A stretch of 64,000 bases of DNA from Eledone cirrhosa. Lineage: Eukaryota. A program made the translations under genes and the position numbers. The notes beneath the pieces were generated by a model. It had not been told where the DNA came from, did not search any database, and saw nothing but the letters and a program-made list of their open reading frames with translations. Where the stretch lies: contig OZ024741.1 of the NCBI GenBank assembly GCA_964016885.1, positions 238,266,001 to 238,330,000 of the forward strand. Direction: 5' to 3'. Of this stretch, positions 53,354 through 64,000 are shown piece after piece. How positions within the stretch are numbered: the stretch's first letter is position 1; every line of letters begins with the position of its first letter.

Positions 53354-53433
53354 TTACAATGGCTCTAAGTATGTATCTTGGTTTCGTGGAAGGCTGGGTT
53401 TAGGTGGAACTTCTGGTTTAGTATCATCAAATT
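53354..53433 (-). CDS. PCDH F terminal coding exon
   Basis: tatttttcag|, phase 1, (E)FDDTKPEVPPKPSLPRNQDTYLEPL*; same 80-nt length and QDTYLxP motif as B-D. Confidence 0.85.
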
Positions 53434-53724
53434 CTGAAAAATATAAAATAAAAAAGTAAGTTCCATCTTAAATCCCTGAAATACAGCAAAATCAAGCATA
53501 ACATCAAAATCATTGACAGAATTAATGTTTGTGTTAGGTAATATTGTACTCAACAATATCCCTACATCTCTTTACAGATGTAAATCATCGACTTTACTAG
53601 TGAGGCTAAAAAAGGAGTTCCCTCTATAATTATAGTTTCTTCACTCACTCAATGTAGAAGGGATGTGGTTCATTTATCTAGTGCAAAGTATGCATGTCTT
53701 GGTGGGTGCCAACACAAACAATAC

Positions 53725-53796
53725 GAGATCCTTAGTCAAGAACAGTGTCAGGCGGGGAGTTTGACTGGGGGGGGGGGGTATGTCTGCCAAAAGGTG
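53725..53796 (+). pseudogene. Decayed 28S rRNA fragment (P-loop region)
   Basis: acagtgtcaggcggggagtttgactgggg...ggtatgtctgccaaaaggt resembles the conserved LSU ACAGTGYCAGGYGGGGAGTTTGACTGGGGCGGTACAYCTGTCAAA. Confidence 0.65.
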
Positions 53797-53962
53797 AAAT
53801 ACTTGGATATGAAATTAAAAATTGTTATATCCTGCATAAATTCACACTTTAAAGCTTTTTCCTGCCTCTGTGTCCACTATAAATTCACCAAATGCAGATC
53901 TATTGTAGTTTTATGATATGTATCATTTGCTACTTGTATTACATTTTAGCAAAATCAAAATT

Positions 53963-54020
53963 ATTACACTCGCTAGCAGAAAAACCAGCCTTCGGGTGGT
54001 TTTCTGCTAGCATGTGTAAT
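53963..54020. repeat. 58-nt hairpin with cTTCGg loop
   Basis: attacac..gctagcagaaaa...cc-ttcg-gg...ttttctgctagc..gtgtaat. Confidence 0.8.
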
Positions 54021-54126
54021 GTGCATATTGATATTATATGCAAATATATATGCATGTAGATATGATACATCAAATAAAATTGTAATTAACAATATACACA
54101 GAAATTGAACGAAGACTGCGTTACAC

Positions 54127-56070
54127 TCATCATCATCATCACCGTTTTACGTCCGTTCTTCCACGCAAGCATGGGTTAGACGGGTTGTCCTGTTGTGGGC
54201 AGTGTCTGGTCGGCTGACCATGCCTTGCTCATACAGGAACTGATCTGGCTTGATTTCTACAGCTGGATGCCCTTCCTAACACCAACCTCATTTACAGTGA
54301 GTGCTGGGTGCTTTTTCGTGGCGCCTACACGTCCACTTTACAGTGTGGGCTGGGTGCTTTTTTGCCGTGGCACCTCCACGACCACCTTGCGGTGGGGGGA
54401 GTGGGGGCATATTGTTTATATGCTTCAGCATGTACCCATGGGAGGTCGGGTACCCTGTATTACTGCGTGACGCCAGAAGTCACAGTCGTGTGTCATTGAC
54501 TTTGAGAGGTGTAGTTGGGTAAGGTCAGCTTTTATCACCTCATCCCAAGTCATCTTGGGTCTCCCCACTCCGCGGTTTCCATCAACTTCTAGTGCTCTGC
54601 ACCTTTTTATGCAGCTGTCATCCTTCATACGCATCACATGTCCATACCAGCGTAACCGCCTCTCCTGCACGCAGCATTTGATTCCTCTTATGCTCAGTCT
54701 CTCTCTCAATTCCTTTATGCTTTGTCGTTCACGTATATTACTGTTACACATCCATCGGAGCATGCAGGCTTCGTTTCTCTCTAATCTACGTAAGTCTTCC
54801 ACCTTCAGCGCCCAGGTCTCACTACCATGCAACATCGCTGTTCGGATACACGCATCATACAGTCTGCCTTTCATTCTGAGGGAGAAGCCTTTTGCAGCTA
54901 GCAGTGGTAGTAGTTCCCTAAACTTCTTCCATCCCGTTCTTACCCTAGTTATTGTACTTTCTGAGCACCCACCTCCGTTGCTAATTCGGTCACCTAGGTA
55001 GCAGAAGCTGTCTACTGTTTCTACAGGGCCCTCCCAGAGATTGGTGGTACTTGTTTCCTGTGGCTGTTTGCTTGCTGTTTCAGCACAGCTGCTGCATGTG
55101 AATCCTACATTCTTAATTAAGCTTCCTGAGATCCCGCTACATCTCTTGTGTACCCATTGTTTGCATTTGGGGCAGAGAATGGAGTTCCTACCTACACCTT
55201 TCCTACATACTGAGCAAGGCCATTTCCCTGAGGGGATCTGGGTTCTGTTTTCTCGTCTACTTATAAGGACCTTAGTCTTTGTCATGTTGACTTTGAGGCC
55301 CTTTCTCTCTAGTCCCTGCTTCCAGGTTTGGAATTTATTCTCTAGTTCTACCATAGATTCAGCTATGAGTGCGAGGTCATCAGCATACAGGAGTTCCCAT
55401 GGGCATCCGGTCTTAAACTCCTCCGTTATTGCCTGCAGGACTATGATGAACAGGAGAGGGCTAAGAACAGAGCCCTGGTGGACCCCAACCTGTACGCTAA
55501 ATTCCTCGCTATACTCATTGCTAATCCTAACTTTGCTGACTGCTCCCCTATACATGGCTTGTACCGCTTTCACAAGCCATTCATCTACTCCTAGTTTTCT
55601 AAGAGCCCACCAGATTACTGCACGTGGAACTCTGTCAAAGGCTTTCTCAAGGTCGACAAATGCCAAGTAGAGTGGCTTACTTTTAGCTAGGTACTTTTCC
55701 TGTAATTGCCTCACAAGGAAGAGGGCATCAGTGGTGCCTTTCCCTGGTACAAACCCAAATTGCATCTCATCTAGTTTCACCCGGTTCCTAATCAGCTGTG
55801 CTATAACTCTTTCTGTTACTTTCATGACCTGGTCCATCAACTTTATACCTCTATAGTTTCCTCTATCTAGTGCATCGCCTTTACCTTTGTAGCAGTTGAC
55901 AATGCTGCTACTGCACCAATCTTTTGGTATGGCCCCCTCTAGTATTACCTGGTTAACGATACGTGTGGTTATAGTGTGACCTACAGACCCAGATGCCTTC
56001 AGCATCTCGGCAGCTATACCCGATGGACCGGTTGCCTTCCCTATCTTCTTCATATCTCTGATTGCCTTAC
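54127..56070 (-). mobile_element. Young 5'-truncated RTE LINE; uninterrupted 542-aa RT ORF (54425-56053)
   Basis: KATGPSGI, NYRGI, FVDLEKAFD, QGSVLSP, YADD, YLG, RRLRWYGHV; (gat)n tail. Confidence 0.95.
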
Positions 56071-56867
56071 TTACTACTCTCTTATGTAATCAGTGACGTA
56101 ATCCATGATACATTAAAAAAAGATGATATTATATATAAACTGCATTAGGAGAAAATTAGTGACGGAAATATATGAATGTTTATTTAAGCGATCACTAACT
56201 GGAAGTGTTGACATTTGAAAATTTTAAAGAAGTGAATCTTTAAATAAACAATAAAATATATTTAATCAACAGGTACGAAATTTAGTAGATAAATTATGTA
56301 ATATTCATTCATTATTTATTCAAAGTAATCCAACTTATTTTACTAATGGGATAAAAAATTATAAACCGTACACAGTCCCTCACTCCTTACTTTATTATAG
56401 TTTATTAAGTCATTTCATTGTAGCTGCATTATCAGAGCTTCCCCTCTTTCAGTTTTGTTATTTATCAATCTCTTGTTAATCTAAATAGTTAATATTACTT
56501 AGTTATAATTAAAAATTAAATCTTTCACCAATCACGTAAATGAACAATTTACTTTTCCAAACTTTGCTGTTTAAATCACATCAACTTGTACCATCCAGAC
56601 AAAATTTATTATCACAAGTGTTTGAAAATTTGTTGCTAATTACTAGTTTTTACTTGATTTTCAAGACTTGCAAAATAACAATAGTAAAAATTTTAGTGCA
56701 TTTTTTAAAAGTGTCTCATATCTCAAATTTCATACTAATCACTTTGATTCTTTTTCCCTAGAACTACTGTGTTCTGAAAATACCTTATAGAAGTTCACAT
56801 TGACTACATATGTCTATGTGGGTTTGTAAAGCCTATAGATACCTCCCTTCTTGGGCTAAAGAATGAA

Positions 56868-57535
56868 ATGAAGACTTCCATAGATTAGAAAGAAATGAAG
56901 CTTGCATGCTCCAATGGATGTGTAATAGTAATATACACGAACGGCAAAGCATAAACGAATTGAGCATAAGAGGAATCACATGCTGTGTGCAGGAGAGGAG
57001 GTTGCGTTGGTATGGACGTGATGTGTATGAAGGATGACAGCTGCATAAAAAGGTGTAGAGCACTAGAAGTCGATGGAAGCTGCGGAGTGGGGAGACCAAA
57101 GAAGATCTGGGATGAGGTGATAAAAGCTGACCTTACCCAATTGCACCTTTCAAGGGTGATGACACACGACCGCGACCTCTGGTGTCACACACACAGTAAT
57201 ACAGAAGACCTGACTTCCCACGGGTACAAGTTGAAGCATATAGACAATATGCCCACCCCCCCCACACTGCAAAGTGGTCGTGGAAGTACCGCAGCAAAAA
57301 AACACCCAGCCCACAGTGTAAAGTGGACATTTAGGCGCCACGGAAAAAAAGCACCCAGCACTCACCGTAAATGAGGTTGGTGTTAGGAAGGGCATCCAGC
57401 TGTAGAAATCAAGCCAGAATCAGTTCCCGTATGGGCAAGACAAGGTCAGCCAACTGGACACTGCCCACGACAGAACAACCTGTCTAACCCATGCTAGCGT
57501 GGAAGAATGAACGTAAAACGGTGATGATGATGATG
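56868..57535 (+). mobile_element. RTE LINE 3' fragment, inverted relative to 54127-56070
   Basis: Highly similar to the reverse complement of 54127-54800; (gat)n tail. Confidence 0.92.
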
Positions 57536-57908
57536 ACATATGCTTCAGTACAAAGTGCCAATATTCTAAAATGTAAACACCCTCTTACACATTAATATCT
57601 ATCACAAATTGGGCATCAGGAAATTTAAAGAAATTGTTATAAAGCTTAGTAAATAAACAGATTAGAAATAAAACTGACATTTTTTATTACCGTAGTGCTA
57701 AACATAAAATTTATTCTTTTGAATTGTCAATATATTCTTATACTACTGCATTGAAGTATGAAACTATCATTATGGTAAAGTATTCTTTTTTTTTAACATT
57801 GCCATTATATTATCCTTAATTAGTTAAACTGATTACAAGTAAAAAAAAAAAAACCCTACTAAAATCCTACAGAACTCTTAAAAATGAATATTATATCTCA
57901 CATATTAC

Positions 57909-58071
57909 CCGATGTGATAGAAATGTCACTGAATTTTCTTGTATATCTTTCATCCCAGGCACTTTCAGAGCGCCATTGGCATGGCAGAGTATTACTCATA
58001 TAATTGATGCTTTTAGTAGATGTATTTTCTCCATGTTCATCTGAAGATTCCTTAGTTGGTTGATCAATAGA
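57909..58071 (-). CDS. PCDH F cytoplasmic exon 2 (diverged)
   Basis: tattttcag|TCT...TCGG|gtaata; 163 nt, phase 0 to 1; shares NYxSxTLxxQxxxE with exon 2 of B-D. Confidence 0.8.
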
Positions 58072-59382
58072 CTGAAAATATAGTAAACATTTATGCAATA
58101 TAACTTAGGGCATTTTAATTGGTGTTTATAAGATCTTATCCATTTGATACATTTTAAATTGTAGGGCTATAGGTTGTGTACATGTTTTACAATTACACAA
58201 ATTATTGTTTTACATCTCTTATTGTCCATCTCCTATTCCTCTTATAGTTAAACATGTTTCTCAAACTCATTCCTCTCTTCCAAGAATGTATGCTACATAT
58301 TCTATTCTTCTTATTCTAGAACTCTATTTCTCTAGTCTTTTCTATCTGCTCCTCCCCCCACACACACAAAGATTAAGCTGAAACTCAAAACCATCATTAA
58401 ATTTACTATCCTTTATAAAACAGAAGTGTCTGAAAGACTATGATCACTGCTTCTTTTTCCTGAACTAACAAATGAGAAATAATCTCACTTCTCCAGTCTA
58501 CAGGGCTTTTAGAAGTCATTGTTTTCTTCTTTGCCCTTCCTAACGCAGATGCGTAAACATTAAAATGAAAGTGTTTTCAGTTTGCCTTGTATTACTTTTA
58601 AAACTGATATAACTAAAAACCCAAAGAGAAACATGTCAGAAATAAATTAAATTAAATTTTTTTCTTTCCAGATCTTGTTTTCATATAAGTAGTGTTTGAA
58701 TAAAAGTTGTGATGGAATTATTCATATTTTTTTTCAAATAACAGTTGTACTAAAATTTACCATTTCTTGTTTTTAATATATCATTTACTTGTGAAATATA
58801 TTTTCTAAATATACTTTTCTGATTAATTGTTTTAATTATGTTTAAGCATTCATCTCAATATTTAGAAACAAACAGTGTGTCTTATTCTGCAAAAAGGGCA
58901 CCTGTAAGCTATCTAATAGTTTCCATATACAATATCTCTAAGGTAATAAGAACAGTAATAAAATATCAACTCTTTCATCTGTTCAATTATATTCTATCAG
59001 TGATCACTTGGCTTTCTCCAGAGATACATTTACTGGAGGCTTTTACATTGTACCAATGGTTTTTTTTGTTCTAGAGAACTTCAGTGTGAGCAAAGTTGTT
59101 GCCCTTGATGTCAGTTTAGTCTTCAACCTCATATCAAAGCCGTGCACATAAATTTCACCCATCACTGGACCTGACTTCTAGTCATCAATCACTCAATTGT
59201 TGTATATATTGACAGTATCTTTTGTTTTCAAAATCTACTCTTCCTGCTTAAGTGTATTTCAATGCTCTGTTGGTTTTCCCTTACTTTTTTCTCAACACTA
59301 ACAGCTTTAACTGATTGAATTTCTGATCAAAGACATTACATTTACATTTAAATTCTGAAAAAATGTAATAAATTTTGCCAAC

Positions 59383-61782
59383 CTGTGGAATTGGTGGAAG
59401 TTTTCTGCCTGTTGTTGCAAATGTCCACTCACTGGTAATTTTTTCCATTTCAGGGTAATAATGACTTTTTGATCTTACTGTTTGGCAATTTCTGTTATAT
59501 GTATTTTCTGTATTTCTTGTCATTGCAACAGGATTGTTGGTTTCATATTGCAGTTGCCTCTTTTGAGATTTTGACAAGATTTTGTGGTCATCTGAAGCTG
59601 AACATGTGCTTTTAATATGATTAATACATCTAAAAACACATAGTGTTAAGCACACAATAATAGCCACAGATACTATTACACCTGCTGCTACAATGATAAT
59701 TACCCAAGTTGTATTTAAGTTATTACCAGATAACAAATGGGCTGCAGCCTGCATTGGAAATGTTTCATTACTAACAAGCAATGTTAGTGTCACAGACGTT
59801 GTTGCTGACTGAACTGGAGTACCACTGTCTTTCACTATAAACTGTAGGTCATATGTTCCTGCATCATTTATATTAATTATACGAGAGAATGATAACACTC
59901 CAGTATAAGAATTGATTGTAAACATATTTTTATCATTAGATCTCAGTATTCCATATGTGAGGAAAGCATTGTTTCCAGTGTCTTTGTCAGAGGCTTTCAG
60001 AATTGTGATGTCTTTCTTACTGTGTAGATGGTAGTGGACATCTAGATTGTAAGGATCAGTATTAGGAAAGGTAAAATAGGGAGCATTATCATTTTTATCT
60101 AGAATCTCGATAACAATATTGGCAGTGTTATTCAGAGAGGGTGTTCCCTTATCTTTGACTAAAACCTGGAATTTATAGATGTCTTTCGCTTCCCGATCTA
60201 TTGATTTTGATGTAGAAATAAAACCATATTTTGTAAGTTGGAAAGGAATGTTATCATTGTTGTTATCATTGATGATAGAATATGTAATTTGACCTCCATC
60301 TCCAAGATCAGGGTCTGTAGCATTGATGAAGCCAATAGGGAAGTCAACTTTCTGGTTTTCATAAGTGAGGAATTGGAATGTATTTTTTGTAAATTGTGGT
60401 TGTACATCATTGACATCAAGTACCTCAATAGAAAATCGCTTTTCTGATTCAAGCTGTGGAAACCCCATATCTTGACAAATAAGTACAATGTCATATCGAT
60501 CTTGTGATTCCCTGTCAAGAGGATGTTTTGTTGTTATTTTATACTCATGTGAACCCATATTAGTTATTCCAAACATTTCATGTTCCAAATCACAATCAAT
60601 CTGTCCATTCTCTTCAATATCATTGTCAGTAATTATGACATAAGCAATAAAACTGCCCACTTTAATATCTTCTAAAAGAGCAGTTGAACTCTCTGTTAAA
60701 GGAAACACAAAGTCTATATCGATTTTTGGAGCAATATTGTGGCTGCTTTCTTTTGTAATTAAAATCACTGTTGTTGAACTTAAGGGAGGTTTTCCTCCAT
60801 CCTTAGCCTCAACAAATATTTTGTATGTTTTCTTATTATCTATTTTAAAGTATTCATTAACAAACAGTTCTCCAGATGCCTCTATTAATTCAAAATATTT
60901 TCTTATTTCAATGGATGTTTTGGGGCTGTAATTAAAGGTAATATTTCCATTTGCCTCAGAATCTAAATCTGTAGCTTTTAAAACTAAGATTGGTGTTGAT
61001 TTGGGGTGTTTATTCTTTATTGAAATATTATACATCTTTTGAGAAAATAAAGGTTTATTGTCATTAGAGTCAATAACAGATATTTGAAAAGGCAAAATAT
61101 TTTCATTTGGTGGTATACCATCATCTTTAGCAATCAGCTCTAGCATATACTGTTTCTTTCTTTCTCTGTCCAACTTACCTTGTAGAACTATTTCAGGTAT
61201 GAAAGTCCCATCATAGTCTTTGGAAAGGGACAACGAAAATGGATCATCTATATTTTCTTTCAGTTCATATGTTATCCTAGAATTATGAATACTAATATCT
61301 CTATCAATAGCATTTGGAATTGGTTTCTTAGTTCCTTCTCGATCATTTTCATCGAATTGTAAATTTACTTCATTATTTGGAAACTCAGGTGTGTGATCAT
61401 TGATGTCTTTTATAATTACTTTCACTTTTAATATCTTTACATAAGTTTTTCTTTTCCGAACTGCTATCCTAACAATTCTGGAACATTCCTTGTTATATGT
61501 ACACAGTGACTCAGCATCCAGTGTTTGTGTAGTGTATAGTTTTCCTGTGTTGGTGACATTGAATAAGTGAGAACCACTTGACACTGTCCTTTGTAGTTGT
61601 GTAAATGTAATGAGAGTGTGTTGTTGATGTGTAAGAGAGTGTGTTAAGTTGGAATCAACAGCAATGTCTCCTATATAGGTGTGAGGACTGTCTTCTTCAT
61701 TGATGTGGTATGTCATGTCCAAAGATACAATAGATGGCAGTAGTATGTCAAGTAAACATAAGGAGAGAATATTTCTGATCAT
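59383..61782 (-). CDS. Protocadherin F large exon; spliced protein ~880 aa
   Basis: Six cadherin repeats plus TM; donor ccacag|gttggc after PQ; acceptor cttttag (AG at 61828-61829). Confidence 0.96.
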
Positions 61783-63717
61783 TCTTAGTTTATCTCTAGA
61801 GTTCAGTATAACCTTTAAATTGGAGATCTAAAAGAAAGAAAAATGATAATTATTGGTTATCAATTAAATTAATATTAATCCATGTTTTTGTATCAAATAT
61901 TTTTTTTAGTTAGTTTCAAGTATTTGTAGTTATTTCTTTCTTGTTGCCTTCATTTTGAAATCATTTTTGTACACATCTTTCAACCTTATATTATTCTATA
62001 AAGACACTTGAATGCTAACAACATAGGGTATTGAGCACTCTTCAATAATACTAACAGCTTGACAACCTCTCTTGTACTGGTACCACAAAAGCATTCAGTA
62101 TACTCTAAAAAATGGTTGGTGTTAGGAAGGGCATCCAGCTATAGGAAACCTGCCAATTAGAGGGTCGCAAAGGCTCTTCAAGGATATGAAAATATCTCTA
62201 GTGCTGGTACAATGATAAAATATACCAGGTACACTCTGTAAAGTGGTTGGCATTAGGAAGAAAGTTCTGTTAAAATTGAATGTATCTGAGCAAGACCATA
62301 ACAATTTTATGTAAGATTATGATCTCATTTTTATCACCTAATCTATGCCATATATACATGCCATAATGCTTTTCAACAAAATATTTGTTGTTCCTAATCT
62401 CTCGTCTTTATCAGAAGTCATATTCTTAAGATGTAAATAGTGTTATTCAAATAAATTCTATTTTTAACCTATGTCAATCTGCTTTGCTTTTATTAGTCTT
62501 TGTCTATATTTTCCATATTTCACATATTATCATTTACATACTTGATATAGTTTGTATTTAAAATTGTAAATATATCTTTCAAAACTTTGAAGTTGCAAAA
62601 TGGAAGGATCATTAGTGTGTAGAACAAAGTTCCTTGTAGCATTTGTTCCAGATCTCTGCTGAGATCAACTTTGTCTTTCATTCTTTTGGGGCTGATAAAG
62701 TACTGTATCAGTTCATGTCTTATAGTATTTGTTGCTTGCTTGCATGGTAGACTTAATTTGTTGCCTGGTTTAACGCCATCACCTGGCCCTTGGGTGCCTT
62801 TAACAGAATCCATTCTGTTGCAAGCATTTAGGTCAGGTCTCCTTTTCTTTCACCAGTCTCAGGGCCCCTGGGAATGGTTATGGACCCTGCCCTTTCCACC
62901 TTGACTAAACAGTAAAATAAATAGACCGATTTAATGAAAGAAATAAGATATCTCAACTATTACTCTTATCATTGCAATACTGAAAACTTTTCTAACTATC
63001 AGCTTATTGCTTCCTTCTAAATGTAATATTTTCAATTAGTTTACTATATTAATAATATGCAATAACTTGCCTTGTTGTATATAGTTACATCACTTACCAC
63101 TTCATATTCTTATCTCATATCCAGCTGGGATTGAATTTACCTTTCATCCTTCAAGGTTCATTCAACTCAATCCATTCACAAAGTTTTTGTGTTTGTGAAA
63201 ACATGCAAATTTATTTAATTTTGTTGCTAATTATTATTTTTTTGAAGAAACTTTGTATTAAATTAATGTTAACTATTTTGTGGTTAATTATTGCTTGTTA
63301 TTTTTTTTATTTTTTTAAATTAATATTATGAGTAAAATGAAACATTTGATTTTTAAAATAAAACTTGTATAACTTAGTCTTATACTAGAAATTAATGAAC
63401 TTTGTTTAAAATATCACAAAAAATATCTTATAGAAATATAATTTCCTTATTTTCCAAGTACAAATAAATGTTTACTTATTATAAATAAAAGCTTATTTTA
63501 TTTTTAAAATACATTATACATCAATATTTATATAAATATTATTTGTATAAAATATATTCAAGCTTTACAAAAGGCATAGAACTATTTAGGTATGTCTGAG
63601 CAGTGTATATCTGGTGAGGCACAAACTAAATTTCTTACCAATCACTGATATTAAAGAAAGTTAAGGCTAAATACGTGCACACACACACTTTCTCTCTCTT
63701 TCCTGTTATAGTAGTTC

Positions 63718-63771
<54 letters not shown>

Positions 63772-63855
63772 TTTTTACTTCTTTTTATGAAATATATAAA
63801 AATTATATTTTATCTGAGAATTTCTAGTGAACGAATACAATGAGGAGAAACTTAC

Positions 63856-64000
63856 TTGTGCTTTTGTAGAAGTTTATGGTATGTGACAAGAGGACTACAT
63901 CATCTATGCACTGTTCGATGTAACTGCTGCAGCAATAATGTAAAAATGTTGATGGACTAGAAGAGGTGTGAGTCAGATAGGGAAGAGAGAGCAGTTAACA
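63856..64000 (-). other. Probable upstream exon of PCDH F (partial, runs off window)
   Basis: Donor cacaa|gtaagt; tgtaactgctgc repeat unit shared with the other leader exons; (TA)n just downstream as in paralogs. Confidence 0.5.

Overview
AT-rich, repeat-rich eukaryotic DNA. Protocadherin type and SINE/LINE content suggest a coleoid cephalopod, probably an octopod (inference). The window is part of a head-to-tail, minus-strand protocadherin (PCDH) cluster: the 5' end of gene A (window start), four complete genes B, C, D and F, and a collapsed pseudogene E whose tail exons are still intact. Each gene has an upstream exon, a ~2.4-kb exon (signal peptide, 6 cadherin repeats, TM, proximal tail), then a phase 0/1 exon and an 80-nt terminal coding exon; A-D also show a conserved promoter-like block. 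The ORF track misses these tail exons. Main observations: (1) a spliced 15-codon uORF in A-D whose TGA overlaps the PCDH start (AUGA); (2) a cytoplasmic Src-type SH3 ligand (RRLPPVP) plus SH2 ligand (YEEI) and a terminal QDTYLxP; (3) loss of the Ca2+ ligands at the EC3-EC4 linker; (4) patchwork homogenisation with a hypervariable EC1 patch whose charge covaries with an EC4 patch; (5) orphan tail exons. Intervening DNA holds RTE, CR1 and CRE LINEs, tRNA-derived SINEs, hairpin/MITE elements, a decayed Academ-like transposon, two hammerhead ribozyme motifs and a 28S rRNA fragment. All splice models and alignments were read by eye.
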